DNA of 64,000 bases from positions 79,828,046 to 79,892,045 of the forward strand of contig NC_068986.1 in the NCBI RefSeq assembly GCF_001194135.2, read 5' to 3'. The notes beneath the pieces were generated by a model. The model saw only the letters and a list, made by a program, of their open reading frames with translations, did no database searches and was not told where the DNA came from. The stretch's first letter is position 1, and each line of letters starts with the position of its first letter. This DNA comes from Octopus bimaculoides. Its lineage: Eukaryota. A program made the position numbers and the translations under genes. Below, in pieces: positions 51,554-64,000 of the stretch.

Positions 51554-53295
51554 AACAACAAACAAGATGAGGACAAATATCCATCAAATGTAAATAATGT
51601 AAACAATATTATAAATGACTTGAGATACTCGTACTGCCTTGGTTTTTGATGTCCTTTTCCTCTAATGCAAACCTGCTAACACGGAAGCGTAAAATGGATC
51701 CCTAGCTCCAGCCGCAACTGTGAACTTGGAACCTAATGGATGACCAATTCAAGTACTTACTCAGCGTACCTATTTGTTTAGTTCACCAGTGTACTAAAGC
51801 CCTCATATCCTCAATATATATACACAAACACACACACACATACACACATACGCGAAGGAATGCTGAAAAGTTCCTGGCTTTGGGTAAAAGAAAATACGGG
51901 AGGATCAGTTAATTATGATTTTGTGCAACATATTCCTTTCTCAGATATATACACTTACTGCAGCGGCTCTTCAGTAAAAGAATTCCGGAGGTTGGGACAC
52001 CAACCAGGCCTTTCGCGAAACCCTTAAAGCCAAGAACTTTTCAACACCCCCTTGTGTGTGTGTGTGTGTGTCTGTGTCTGTGTGTGTAAGTGGGTGGGTG
52101 TGTGTATAGATATCCATACATACATCTACAAGACTATTTGAAACATCCCACACTGGGAAGTGGTTAGAAAATCTTTTTTTCTGTTGGGACCATAAATATA
52201 TTCTGAAAAAAAAAAGCAATAATTGTCTTTAAAATTATATGGATTCCTTATGAGTTTGCATACAGCCAATTTTTGAAGAGTTTGAAGTGTAGTCGTTTAG
52301 TATATTACAGGAGTTAATTTGATCGAACTAGGAATGATAAAGATACTTTCGAGACTGGCTGAATTGATTTGAACTTAGAAACTATAGGGAGAAAACTAAA
52401 TTTGGTTAAGTATTTCATTTGGCTCTTCTCTGTGTCAACCCTCCTAAGGCATTATTTATTTCAAAAACATGCATACAGACACGCACAAACATATAAACAT
52501 GTATATTATATATGGATATATATTTATATGTTATATATGTGTGTGTGTTTGTGAAGTGTCTGTGTATGTATGTATGTATGTATGTATGTATGTATGCATC
52601 CATGCATGTTTGATAACTTAGGCTTTACCAATTATTGGCTCAGATCACCGCAGATTTCAAGAAGAATCACAAACTAGATATACAGGACTGTAAAGTGATT
52701 GGCAAAGAGAAATAGAATTCTGTAAAGACTAGAATATATAACCAAGAGACGCTATCCAGATTGAAACAAACAGTTAAGTTAGAGCATTCAAGAGATTAAT
52801 GTATATATATTGAACAATAAGACTGAAATAGTCATTCTATGTTACCATTAAATTTTAGCAATCGAATGAGTGAACAAAGACAATTTTTGTGTCATACTAT
52901 AAGCACAATCTGGTCAGAAAATATTTATTAAACAATCGGCAAATATTTATTAAAACAATTTTTCTTAATATTCTCCTACGTTTTTGTAAATATTTGCGAT
53001 ATAATCACGTCTGTATTGACATTAATATCATTATTCTATCGATCGCTTAATCATTTGCGTTATCAACACAGCCTTTGTTTTAAAACCTAATGTTTATTTA
53101 ACAGTAAAGATATAGCTGTGCTTGCACGTATCTATGTAGATAGCTACAGAATTATATTTATACATAAATGAGTGTATGCGTGTATCGAGTGACCTTTCTT
53201 TAGATGTGATCTAGGATGTCTGTATTTGTAAAAACAGCACAGCGCTATTTCAGATGCAGGAGGGTGCAGTACCATACTGTGCGTATGCATATCTG

Positions 53296-53341
<46 letters not shown>

Positions 53342-53575
53342 NNNNNNNNNNNNNNNNNNNNNNNNNNNNNNNNNNNNNNNNNNNNNNNNNNNNNNNNNNN
53401 NNNNNNNNNNNNNNNNNNNNNNNNNNNNNNNNNNNNNNNNNNNNNNNNNNNNNNNNNNNNNNNNNNNNNNNNNNNNNNNNNNNNNNNNNNNNNNNNNNNN
53501 NNNNNNNNNNNNNNNNNNNNNNNNNNNNNNNNNNNNNNNNNNNNNNNNNNNNNNNNNNNNNNNNNNNNNNNNNNN

Positions 53576-53629
<54 letters not shown>

Positions 53630-53941
53630 TATTGGTATCTTATATAATATACATAATGATATATATATACATACATGTATGTATGTATGTATGCATGTAT
53701 GTATGCATGCATGTATGTATATTTGTATATCTGTACGCGAGTGGTATTTACTTTTTTCAATTCACTGGAGATTGAACGCTAATCACTTGAATTATCTCCC
53801 CTTTCTTATTTGGAGTCTTGAAAACTGCAGCTAGTTTAGGTGTTTCTTTACTTTATCTTGAAGCGAAGCGACTAAGTATGTTCTCTTCGAGGGAAAGTAA
53901 AGGCATACGCACGCACGCACACACACACACACACACACCCA

Positions 53942-53973
<32 letters not shown>

Positions 53974-54129
53974 TACACACATACACATATATACATATAT
54001 AATCTAATAAATACAGGATTTAATGTGAGTCAACATAAGTTTCATGTTTCAAGCGTACAGTAATCAGACGAGCATGTATTGCCAGCCGTGTACTCTCCTG
54101 AAATCATTCAGCCTCAAAAATAACCTTGA

Positions 54130-54720
54130 AAACTGAGAAAACTGAGAAAAAGTAAGGAAGAACAAGAAAGAACTACAAGAAACGAAAAGAAAGAAACGAC
54201 AAAAGCTTGCAGAGCGGAAAGGCAAGAGTTGTGTCCCCTTGGACTGTTAGAATAATAATTAACAGTCCTTGGATATGTCAATTCATCGGAGAAAGATTGA
54301 AGATTGTAAGACTGCATGCTTGATCCAGCGAGTGATTGGTTTTCTCCAGTTCGATAGTAGAAACTTGTCGAGATGCTTACATCTTGTGATAATCTCCGAT
54401 CTCGTGTGCAGACGGTCTGTGAGGTTGTTAGATTTTAAAAGGATAGAAGTTCTTTCAGCTATACAAAGCCTGCACCTCCTTGACCTATTAACGTATGTTA
54501 TGAATTGCTGGTAATGTGCAAGGGATTTTTGGCATACAGTCTTACCCTTTAATCTTTCCCCGTCGAATTAACACCACCAACTTTTGTTTATTGTTGTTCT
54601 AACGGCCCAGAGAGACTCAACTCCTTTTTCCCTTCACTGAAAGTTTTGCATTTGCTCGTTTTTTTTTCTTATTTTTTCGCGTTCTTTTCTTTTTATTTTC
54701 TCTGGCTCTTCTCTGCTTTT
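54130..54720 (-). mobile_element. Penelope-like element: GIY-YIG C-terminal fragment flanked by inverted pLTR-like arms
   Basis: Minus-strand NRSRRCRLCIAERTSILL...LHTRSEIITRCKHLDKFLLSN (PLE C-terminal CxLC...ELxxKCRH motif) at about 54330-54520. Diverged IR at about 54130-54320 / 54530-54720. Confidence 0.8.
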
Positions 54721-54920
54721 TCTCAGATAACAAGCATGTTCATTCTGAGCCTGAATTATTATGGGATAGTACTCTGTACGCTATGTAAGCACAGTCCATT
54801 TCTGTGCTATCGGTGCGTGTAATTTATAGTAGCCCACATTTAAACCCTGTGTTTAATTTTTGATATTTATCTCTCGCTGGATGGAATACTTTTTTCTTTA
54901 CCAATAACGGGACAGTACAC

Positions 54921-54990
<70 letters not shown>

Positions 54991-55421
54991 GTGAGAGAGA
55001 CACAGACGACAGACAAACGGAAAGACAGATAGAGAGATAGATCAGTAATATATATCGATATGTAATTATAAGATCCAAGAATCTAACCGTAGGAAATGTG
55101 TAAGCTTCGAACAAACCGTGGTAGGTATAAAAAAACAACGTCCAGGAACAATAATAATTTCTTGGCGTCGAAGGTTGTAGGCTTTTCCCATACCGGAGAT
55201 CTATAAGCTGAGAATGTTTTCGTATAGCTCACAATTTCAAATTACACCTTCGGTGCGTTAATTTTTGATTCCCAAACGACAATGTAACCTCCATATAATT
55301 AAGGTATCTTCGGCGTGTTGAGTAGCTGGCTGATTACCCTTGTTGAGTAATTATTAAATCAGAAGATATGCTGCGAAACATGTAGCTTAGATCTTCCCTG
55401 TCGCGCTCCCACAACTTGGAG

Positions 55422-55456
<35 letters not shown>

Positions 55457-55539
55457 TATGGAAATATTTTATTCTCAAACGCATAATAATAATGCTGAAT
55501 AGCATGGAACATACTTATATTGCAGAAAAATTTGTTAGC

Positions 55540-55615
55540 GGCCAGCCATGAGACTCGAACTCACATCTCTGTGATTACCAGCCATAGTGCTTTGCCTCTT
55601 TAAGCTAAACTGCCC
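55540..55615 (-). pseudogene. tRNA-Thr(GGT)-like pseudo-tRNA / SINE head
   Basis: GGGCAGT TA GCTT aaagaggca AAGC A C TATGG CTGGTAA TCACA GAGAT GTGAG TTCGAGT CTCAT GGCTGGCC folds as a cloverleaf with mismatches in the acceptor and anticodon stems. Its 3' half plus flank is repeated inverted at 55709-55842. Confidence 0.65.
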
Positions 55616-55932
55616 ACTAACAAATTCTTTTGCAATTTTTCAACTTATAAATTTAACTTTTATAGACGCTATATGTGAAAGTATGATGTATGTATACAAA
55701 CAAAGTTTGTAATCACAGGGATGTGCGTTCGACTCTCATGGCTGGCCGCTAACAAATTTTCTGCAATATAAGGATGCTCTATCTTATTTATGCTATTCAC
55801 CATTATTACTATGCATTTGAGAATAAAGCATTTCCATATCTGTATATTTCAATACATCTCAGCGCTTCTAAAAAAAGCAAACTTTGTTTACATACATCGT
55901 AATACACACACACACACACACACCCACACACA

Positions 55933-55964
<32 letters not shown>

Positions 55965-56849
55965 NNNNNNNNNNNNNNNNNNNNNNNNNNNNNNNNNNNN
56001 NNNNNNNNNNNNNNNNNNNNNNNNNNNNNNNNNNNNNNNNNNNNNNNNNNNNNNNNNNNNNNNNNNNNNNNNNNNNNNNNNNNNNNNNNNNNNNNNNNNN
56101 NNNNNNNNNNNNNNNNNNNNNNNNNNNNNNNNNNNNNNNNNNNNNNNNNNNNNNNNNNNNNNNNNNNNNNNNNNNNNNNNNNNNNNNNNNNNNNNNNNNN
56201 NNNNNNNNNNNNNNNNNNNNNNNNNNNNNNNNNNNNNNNNNNNNNNNNNNNNNNNNNNNNNNNNNNNNNNNNNNNNNNNNNNNNNNNNNNNNNNNNNNNN
56301 NNNNNNNNNNNNNNNNNNNNNNNNNNNNNNNNNNNNNNNNNNNNNNNNNNNNNNNNNNNNNNNNNNNNNNNNNNNNNNNNNNNNNNNNNNNNNNNNNNNN
56401 NNNNNNNNNNNNNNNNNNNNNNNNNNNNNNNNNNNNNNNNNNNNNNNNNNNNNNNNNNNNNNNNNNNNNNNNNNNNNNNNNNNNNNNNNNNNNNNNNNNN
56501 NNNAAATTAGCATAAGAGTAAAAACATATTAAAAGATAAAAGATTAGAAACTAGAATACCTTCCTTGTTGATTTGCTGCTTGCTATCTCATAAAAGAACA
56601 TGTGAAGTCTCTTTTACTTCGCAAAAATGTGAAAGGTTTTTGTTTTTTGTTGTTTTTTTGTTTTTTCACAAGAAAATATTATTAAGGAACAAATATTATA
56701 AGAAAATGAAATTTTGAAAGAATGTAGGAAACTATGAGTCAATGTCATGCATTCTTCCACATTCATCTAAATTGTTCAAATAATTTTTTTTTTTTTTTTG
56801 ATCCATCATGATTCGAAAATGGCCTCTAAGTGCTGAAAGTTCATCTAAT

Positions 56850-57640
56850 GTGCCGGGGAAAAGCATGACATTTGGATGTAAAAGCACAAGCGTTTAGTCG
56901 ATTAGAAGCTGGCAAACGTCTTGTATAAGTAGATAAGTATGTAATCATCTTATAAATGGGGTTAAATAAAGATTTCTGCCATGACAACCCCGTTGTTATC
57001 AACAAAGAAGGTGAATTGTTCAAGGAGTAAATTTTGGTGGGTAAAAATGAAAAATATGCTTTCTATATGAATGGATGACGAAACGGAATGCGACATGCCA
57101 TTAAGCCAACTAATAATGTAAAAAAAGCAAGGAGCATCTTTAGACACTTACAAGAAGAAGAAGAAGATAATTCAGAAGCATTCACAGCTAAGAGTTTGGT
57201 TTGATAGGTTCAAACGGCGGCATAACCTACACAGCATCCGTTTTTCTGGAGGAGCTGCAAGAGCAGGCGCTCAGGAAGCCAAAGAATTTCTCCAGCTTCC
57301 CACGTTTTCCTGAAATTTTATGAAGAAATAGTACCAGCGGTCATCAGTGACTTCGTTGAGCTGGCCAATGAAGGGAGAATGCAAAATGTCAATGCGGAAG
57401 ATGTGGAATAGTTAATAGAGTTTCATGGTGACAGTTTTTACCTATTGAAAGGCTGCGTAAATTAGCACTGCAATACATCTAAAATAAGTTTGAAGACGCA
57501 ACCGAAGAGCCAGTAACAGCACAAAAATTTCTTACAACTGAATTCTTCAGGGGCAGCATAACTAAGATTGCTAAAATTTATGGCTGGATTTCTTTATTGA
57601 GAATGACCTTGAATGGGATCGCAGCAGCAAGACAGAAGGA
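56850..57640 (+). mobile_element. Tigger/pogo-family DNA transposon remnant
   Basis: CENP-B-like KSMT..DVKAQAFSRLEAG, KARSIFRHLQEEEEDNSEAFTA, VELANE...NVNAEDVE and DFFIENDLEWDRSSK; many frameshifts. Confidence 0.8.
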
Positions 57641-58254
57641 AATACTGTGGGCAGGATATCCTACGACGGATTCCAGCTTTCTGAGGAAAGACTTATAAAA
57701 TGTAGACGGCATTAGATGTAGTCTCCCTACATGTGCGGAAGAGGTAATACATGGATTTTCATTCCAGCTTTGCATCTTCTGAACTATATCGCAGTCATTC
57801 TTGTAAGCAGAATTCATAAGTAGAACTGATTAGTGTTAAATAAGTATATATTAACAATGGATATTATTTTCTAATTGTTTTCTAACCCGTTTTCAAATTT
57901 CATCAAAATATTTGGTCATGCTGTGTAACATAAGAATGTGAGAGGAAATTTAATGTTATCGAGTATAAGGGGAGAGCAGGAGTGATTCTCTGGAATTTTC
58001 TAGTTGTTTCGAGGTGTTTATAAAATTTAATCTGTGTTAAAAATAAACTCTTAAACTCATATTCCGATATTATGCTATAATATAATGACCCCCATTTAAC
58101 ACGGTTTCCTTAAGTACTGCATTTTATGAATATTTTAAGAACGCTTACAGAAGTATATGTTAATATACATATCTGTGCATGCGTATATATGTATATAAAT
58201 ATTGCATGTGAAGGTGTGGATGTGTATATGTACGCATGCATGCATATATGAATA

Positions 58255-58306
<52 letters not shown>

Positions 58307-58317
58307 NNNNNNNNNNA

Positions 58318-58351
<34 letters not shown>

Positions 58352-58639
58352 CTATAGAATAATATATATTTTATGATGTTATATATTATATTACATATAT
58401 ATATTCAAACACACATAAATTGATACATTCAATACATATATGCATATGGATACATATGTAGGTAAATATATATATATATATGTATATATATATGTATATA
58501 TGTATACATATATCTATGCATGTATATGTTTATGTGTAATTACTATATATGTACACAGTATATATACGTATATGTACTTATATGTATATATACATATATG
58601 TACTTATATGTATATATATGTATGCATATATACATATAC

Positions 58640-58710
<71 letters not shown>

Positions 58711-61700
58711 CGTATATATACATATATATACGCATATACACATATGTGTGTGTGTATATATATATACGTATATGCATATATATACACATATATGTATACA
58801 TATACATATATATATATATAAACATAATTAAGGGATCAGCAAATATATGCGTGTATATATACATATATATGTATATATATACATATCATCATCATCATCA
58901 TCATCGTTTAACGTCCGCTTTNNNNNNNNNNNNNNNNNNNNNNNNNNNNNNNNNNNNNNNNNNNNNNNNNNNNNNNNNNNNNNNNNNNNNNNNNNNNNNN
59001 NNNNNNNNNNNNNNNNNNNNNCAGTTACGCACTGGTGTCGATGTAATCAACTTAGTCCCTTTGTCTGTCCTCATTTGTCCCCTCTATGTTTAGCTCCTTG
59101 TGAGTAATAAAGAATTAAATATATATATATATATATATATAATATACATATAATATAATATATATAAAATGTATATGTATGTATATGTATATATATGTTT
59201 GTGTGTGTATATATATATATTCGTATGTGTGTTTGGTTGTGTTTGTGGACGTGCACGAAAATGCACGCAGATATGTATTTATATTCTTCACCTTTTCGTA
59301 CGCAACGTGTAAACACTTGTAAAGTGTTACCAGCAAACTTAAAATGACTTTAGCAACGAAATAGAACCCAGCACGTTTGCACCACACGTTGATACTAGAT
59401 TGTCAATGGCGTTTTAATTCACATTTCTCCTTTACCTTAATACACAATGATCGATGTACTTCTATAAATTTCTCGCACAGCATCCATCTCCCTAGAGTTG
59501 TGTTGTTCACTCCCTTTTTAGATTTATCACAGATGCTATAAGGTACGTTCAGTCTGATGGAATAATTATGGCAATAACATGTCTATATTTTGATGAAAAC
59601 TATATAATACAGCTCGGAATATATAAATAAATTTTATCTATACAGGAAAGTATTTCCTGAAATCGTTTTAAATGATCATGAGAACTAAAGCCTTCCGTTG
59701 TAAATACGTGCGGACGACAGCTTGACAGGATTAGAAGAAGCGTTGAAACTCCACAATTTGTGCCTTTCACATTTTTTTTGTTTTTTTTTCGCACCTCTAT
59801 ATCATGAATCTATATGTCCACAGAGATATATAGATTCCGCCATCTATATTCCTCCCTTTAAATATTCAAAATAATGGGCAAAAATCAAGTGATAAGATTG
59901 TGGAACTCATACTTTCGTATAGAATTTTGCCTTTATGTTCAAATCCAACAGGTATTTGTTTGTTTTTTTCTTCTTTTTATCAGCCTAGCATTGATAACGT
60001 ACTGTATTTTTCGTTACATAAGTTGATGTAGTATATAGTGTAAACATTGAAACATCGTCACTATCTTTCTAAATCCTGTTGCCTTTCTCATAAAATGTTT
60101 GGTCCTTCAAAGCCATCTTTGTGCATTAGTCGACTTACCAGCAAATTTTGATCTGAAAAATTCGACTTGTATGCCAGAAAATACAGTAACCAATACTTAT
60201 ATACTGGAGTCGATTCTTTTGCCTATACCTCTCCTCTAAAAGTTTTTACGGACTTAGTGTAAGAGTTTCTGTAATAATTTGAGGGTTATATAAATTTCCA
60301 ATCGTTTAAGATGTCAATAAGTTAGTTACATAACGAAATTATGCTTATTTCTCTATTAAAACGGTAGCTAATGATCGTTGCTAGTTTGTGAGCGTAACTT
60401 AATACCAGTAAATTAGAAGCAACTAATGCAATCAAAATGGCCTATTAGTCCTTGCTAGCGATAATCTAATTTTTTGGCAACGAAGAGCTAAAGTGATCCC
60501 AAAATTTATCGAACGTCTCATTACGACTATGTATTTAACTAGGCTTAACGAGATTACATTTCAAACATAGAACCGTTATCATCTCTATCGGTATTATTAT
60601 TGCTCTTGCAATTAATATTATGATTATCATCGTCAGCAGCAGCAGCAGCAGCATCGTATTTATCAAGATCATCATCATCATTACCATCATTATCATTATT
60701 ATTGCTGTAGTTTTGAAATGAATTTCAAACGAAATTTCGTTCAAAGCTGAATTTAATTAACCATTGTTTAGAATCAAGTAGATGCCAACAAGAAATTTTA
60801 CGGTTAAGTTATATCAACACTGAAGCAAATATTTGTTGTTCGCAGTTTTCTATACAAATTAAGCGCAAAATGGATGAAACAGCTATCATATCGAGTACAG
60901 TACAATCCAATTTCGAATAAAAGTCTTCTTCATAAAAATATATTCACATCTAGCTCAATTTATATATATAGCCTTTTTATGTAATTATGATATATTTTTA
61001 AGCTTGAAACATATTCAAACTTGTTCTGGTCTAAAAATTGGGTTGCTAACTAACTAAAGTGACTCAGCAACAATAACAAGACCCCGAATATTTCCATACA
61101 CTGAATTCTTTTATTATTTTGTTTGTCCAGTTACTCTGTAGTTTTCGATTATGCGAACAGATGTATTTTGTAGTTTCTCTATTACTAATTCGAAACTAAC
61201 ACCGACCGAACACGCGATGGATTGCGACTATTCTTAGAGGTGAGGGCGACAAACGCAAAACCAAACCAACATATCCACTGCTAATAATTCAATTTTATTA
61301 ACTAGATCTTACCCTACACAAGTACATGCCACTCAAATGTCTATAATCCGAAACGTCGAAAACACTCTCATATATATCCAACAGTTTATTACTAGTCATT
61401 ATCTTTTATGTATATACTTTGTATGTGTATACTATGTTTTATTTTGTCTTTTTTGTATTTCGTTTTGTTCCTGATTTGTTTTTCATTGAATTAAATGTAT
61501 TCCATTGAATAAGTGTATGAAAGATGCTATTATAATGGTTGCGTAGACAATGAGCTCATAGAAACGATAGAATATAGAACAAAATCCCATTTCAGGATAT
61601 ATTTTCTTCGCACCAGGCCAATAATTCACGTCACAGATCGCGTGAACCGATGGTGAACAAGTGCTAAAACTAGCCGGCTCATTGCCAATCACCTTAATAA

Positions 61701-61928
61701 CCGAAATATCAGAATTATAAACCCATTATTTATATTTTTATATGCTTTTCTATGTTTTAACATGAAAATTTGTTATAAACGATTGCAGTGTTGAAGACAT
61801 ACAAGAATTATTCAAAAACACACAACCGTAAACTTCACATAAACATATATTATTACAATGGAACAGCATCAGTGACCAGGTCACAGTTGGTGCGACGAAA
61901 ATTTTGATACCAAATAATAAATGATAGC

Positions 61929-62623
61929 ATGTTGTCAACTTAATGTGACAATCCCATGAAAGGGAAGATTGCTACTGTTATTAGCCCTAGGAAACACCGT
62001 TTCCTGTTGGACTTGACACATTTCCTGTGCCCTTATGCTTTCAAAGTGGAGATAATCACCTCCACCTAGCAAAGCCAGCATCCAGAGACTAGTTTCGGAG
62101 CCATTGCTCAACATCAATCTGGAGTAGCATGGTTTGCTAGCTGTCGATGTCTAACTGCCTTTGAAAACATCTATATTTCAAGTGAAATACGTTTCTGATT
62201 TTTGAAAATAGAAATAATACATTACTAAATCTCTCAGGGAGAATTTTGCAGTAGCAGCACGATAAAGTATGTTGTCAACTTAATGTGACAGTCCCATGAA
62301 AGGGAAGAATGCTACTGTTATTGACAACATCGACAGCTAGTAAGCCATGCTACTCCAGATTGGTGGTGAGCAATGACACTGAAACTAGTCTCTGGATACC
62401 GGCTTTGCTGGGTGGAGGTGTTTATCTCCACTTTGGAAACGTAAGGACACAGGAAATGTGTCAAGTCCAACAGGAAACGGTGTTTCCTAGGGCTAAATAA
62501 CAGTAGCATTCTTTCCTTTCAAGGGACTATCACATTAAGTTGACAACATACTATCACTTCATCGTGCTGCTACTGCATAAATCTCTCTGAGAGATTTAGA
62601 AATGCATTATTTCTATTTTCAAA
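61929..62623. mobile_element. Nested inverted-repeat locus with two degenerate hammerhead-like motifs (Penelope pLTR-like)
   Basis: 61929-62149 is the inverse of about 62325-62550; 62201-62322 is the inverse of 62496-62623. HHR-like motifs at 62081-62123 (-) and 62354-62396 (+). Confidence 0.75.
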
Positions 62624-63299
62624 TAAATCTTTAAGTGAAGATAAGAATCTGCGTGTTTTTGAATGGCTCATATATGTCTTTCACACTACAATTATTTTAG
62701 TTTCAACATATAGTTTCAAATCAAGTCACTTGCTCGACAAGTACGCTTCCGAAATTTGTTTTAAATTTAATATTAAAGTGTGTTTGTAAAAGGAGACCAC
62801 CTCTTCTTTCATTCCTCTTCTGTTGAAGACTTGACTATAACTTTTTTTTTTAATTCCACAGAGTATTTTCCATTTCGCTGGTCTCGTTGTACGGTTGAAT
62901 ATGCACAACGAACAGCAAGCGGAAATCAAGTCATTACGACGGTAGTAACTTCGTTATAAACTTTGATATGTATTGGTCATGCAGAATATGACAGCGGCCA
63001 AAGCCAAGAGGATAGTTGTCCTGATAAACTTTCAAGCCAGGAAAACATATGTATTTAAAACAGATTATAAATATCGAAGAGTTTTGAAGAGTTTCAATTA
63101 CACGATAAAAAGAAATTAGATCCCCCAAGACTTATAAAAACCTTGTTTATAGACAAGAAAAGAAGATTGGAATATAAAATTGCAAACGAAATACTTATTA
63201 AAACCGTAAAAAAAAATCTATACAAAACGATTTTCATCGAATAAATTTAAAGTCCACTGGCCAATATTTATAATGAATAATTTTCTTAATGTCCCAGCA

Positions 63300-63610
63300 T
63301 ACATTGCGATGCGTGTAAGATATAAGCGCGGGTATGGCTGTATGGTTACGAAGCTCACTTTGCAACCACGTTCAGTCCCACTGCATGAGATGTTAGGTAA
63401 CTGTCGTCTACTCGCGCGTGCATATACTTGTCTCCCACCGCTTGACAACTGGTGTTGGGATGTTTGCGTCCTCGTAACTTAAAGTTTCCGCGAAAGCGAC
63501 TAATAGAATAAAATATAAGTACTGGAGTCAATTTGTTCGACTAAAGCTTTTCAATACACTGCTACAGCATGACCGCAGTCCGTTGACTGAAGTAAGTAAA
63601 TGATAAAAAG
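63300..63610 (+). mobile_element. CORE-type tRNA SINE family 2, internally deleted
   Basis: ggtatggctgtatggttacgaag head, gttcagtcccactgc, family 2 tail ...gtcaatttgttcgactaaa...cagcatgaccgcagtc. Confidence 0.8.
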
Positions 63611-64000
63611 ATAAGACTTCGTTCCACGTCTTTCCCTGAACGTACACGCATGAATTTATCATAACCCGCAACAAGCAACTCCAGTCTCATACAGCAGCTA
63701 CACAGAAATTCGGTTACAAATAGACAGGCTACCAATAACATCTAGCAAATCGTCTACTTACATACCATTTAGAAAATAACCGTTACAACCAACCACCACA
63801 CACAACAACATAAACATACTATATCTACCAAAGACAGAGAGAAAGAGGGAAAAAACGAACAGACTATGAATTATCTCAAATCTTGATATTCGCAGCACGT
63901 ATAGAAAACACTAAAATGGATATTTTTGAGGCACCTACAGGCTCAAGTCAATACAAAGAAATAACAGCACTACGTATCAATTTATTTATCTATCTATCTA

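Larger units (their letters stand above)
50691..51667. mobile_element. Composite inverted-repeat locus containing tRNA-(AAT)n-hammerhead element family A copy 3
   Basis: Outer IR 50691-50750 / 51608-51667; inner IR about 50741-50925 / 51000-51191; tRNA boxes at 51444-51455 and 51487-51497; HHRs on both strands. Confidence 0.85.

Noticed and set aside
62870-63070. Short acidic/Ser-rich plus-strand reading frames
   Set aside because: Interrupted by stops, with no splice signals or homology.

Overview
AT-rich, microsatellite-saturated animal genomic DNA from a gapped scaffold assembly. The SINE families and repeat landscape point to an octopus genome (inference, not database-checked). Nearly all ORFs in the track are microsatellite or N-run artefacts. 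Recognisable content: (i) retroelement remnants (CR1-group, R4/Dong RLE-type, Tx1/L1-like, gag-like ORF1 pieces, several Penelope-like elements); (ii) a full-length decayed mariner, a second mariner remnant and a Tigger/pogo remnant; (iii) many tRNA-derived SINEs, including CORE-type families; (iv) a few candidate minus-strand coding exons of an unidentified gene with large introns. The strongest signal is a set of minimal type-I hammerhead ribozyme (HHR) motifs with palindromic stem III, in about five sequence families. One family places a tRNA-like Pol III promoter module, an (AAT)n tract and an HHR directly behind the stop codon of a Penelope GIY-YIG ORF (29.5-30.4 kb). The same tRNA-(AAT)n-HHR module occurs ORF-free at 33.1-33.45 kb and 51.2-51.6 kb, each with an inverted second arm. 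This suggests a Penelope-derived, Pol III-driven, ribozyme-bearing SINE/retrozyme-like system. All alignments and folds were done by eye; element boundaries are approximate unless a junction is described.
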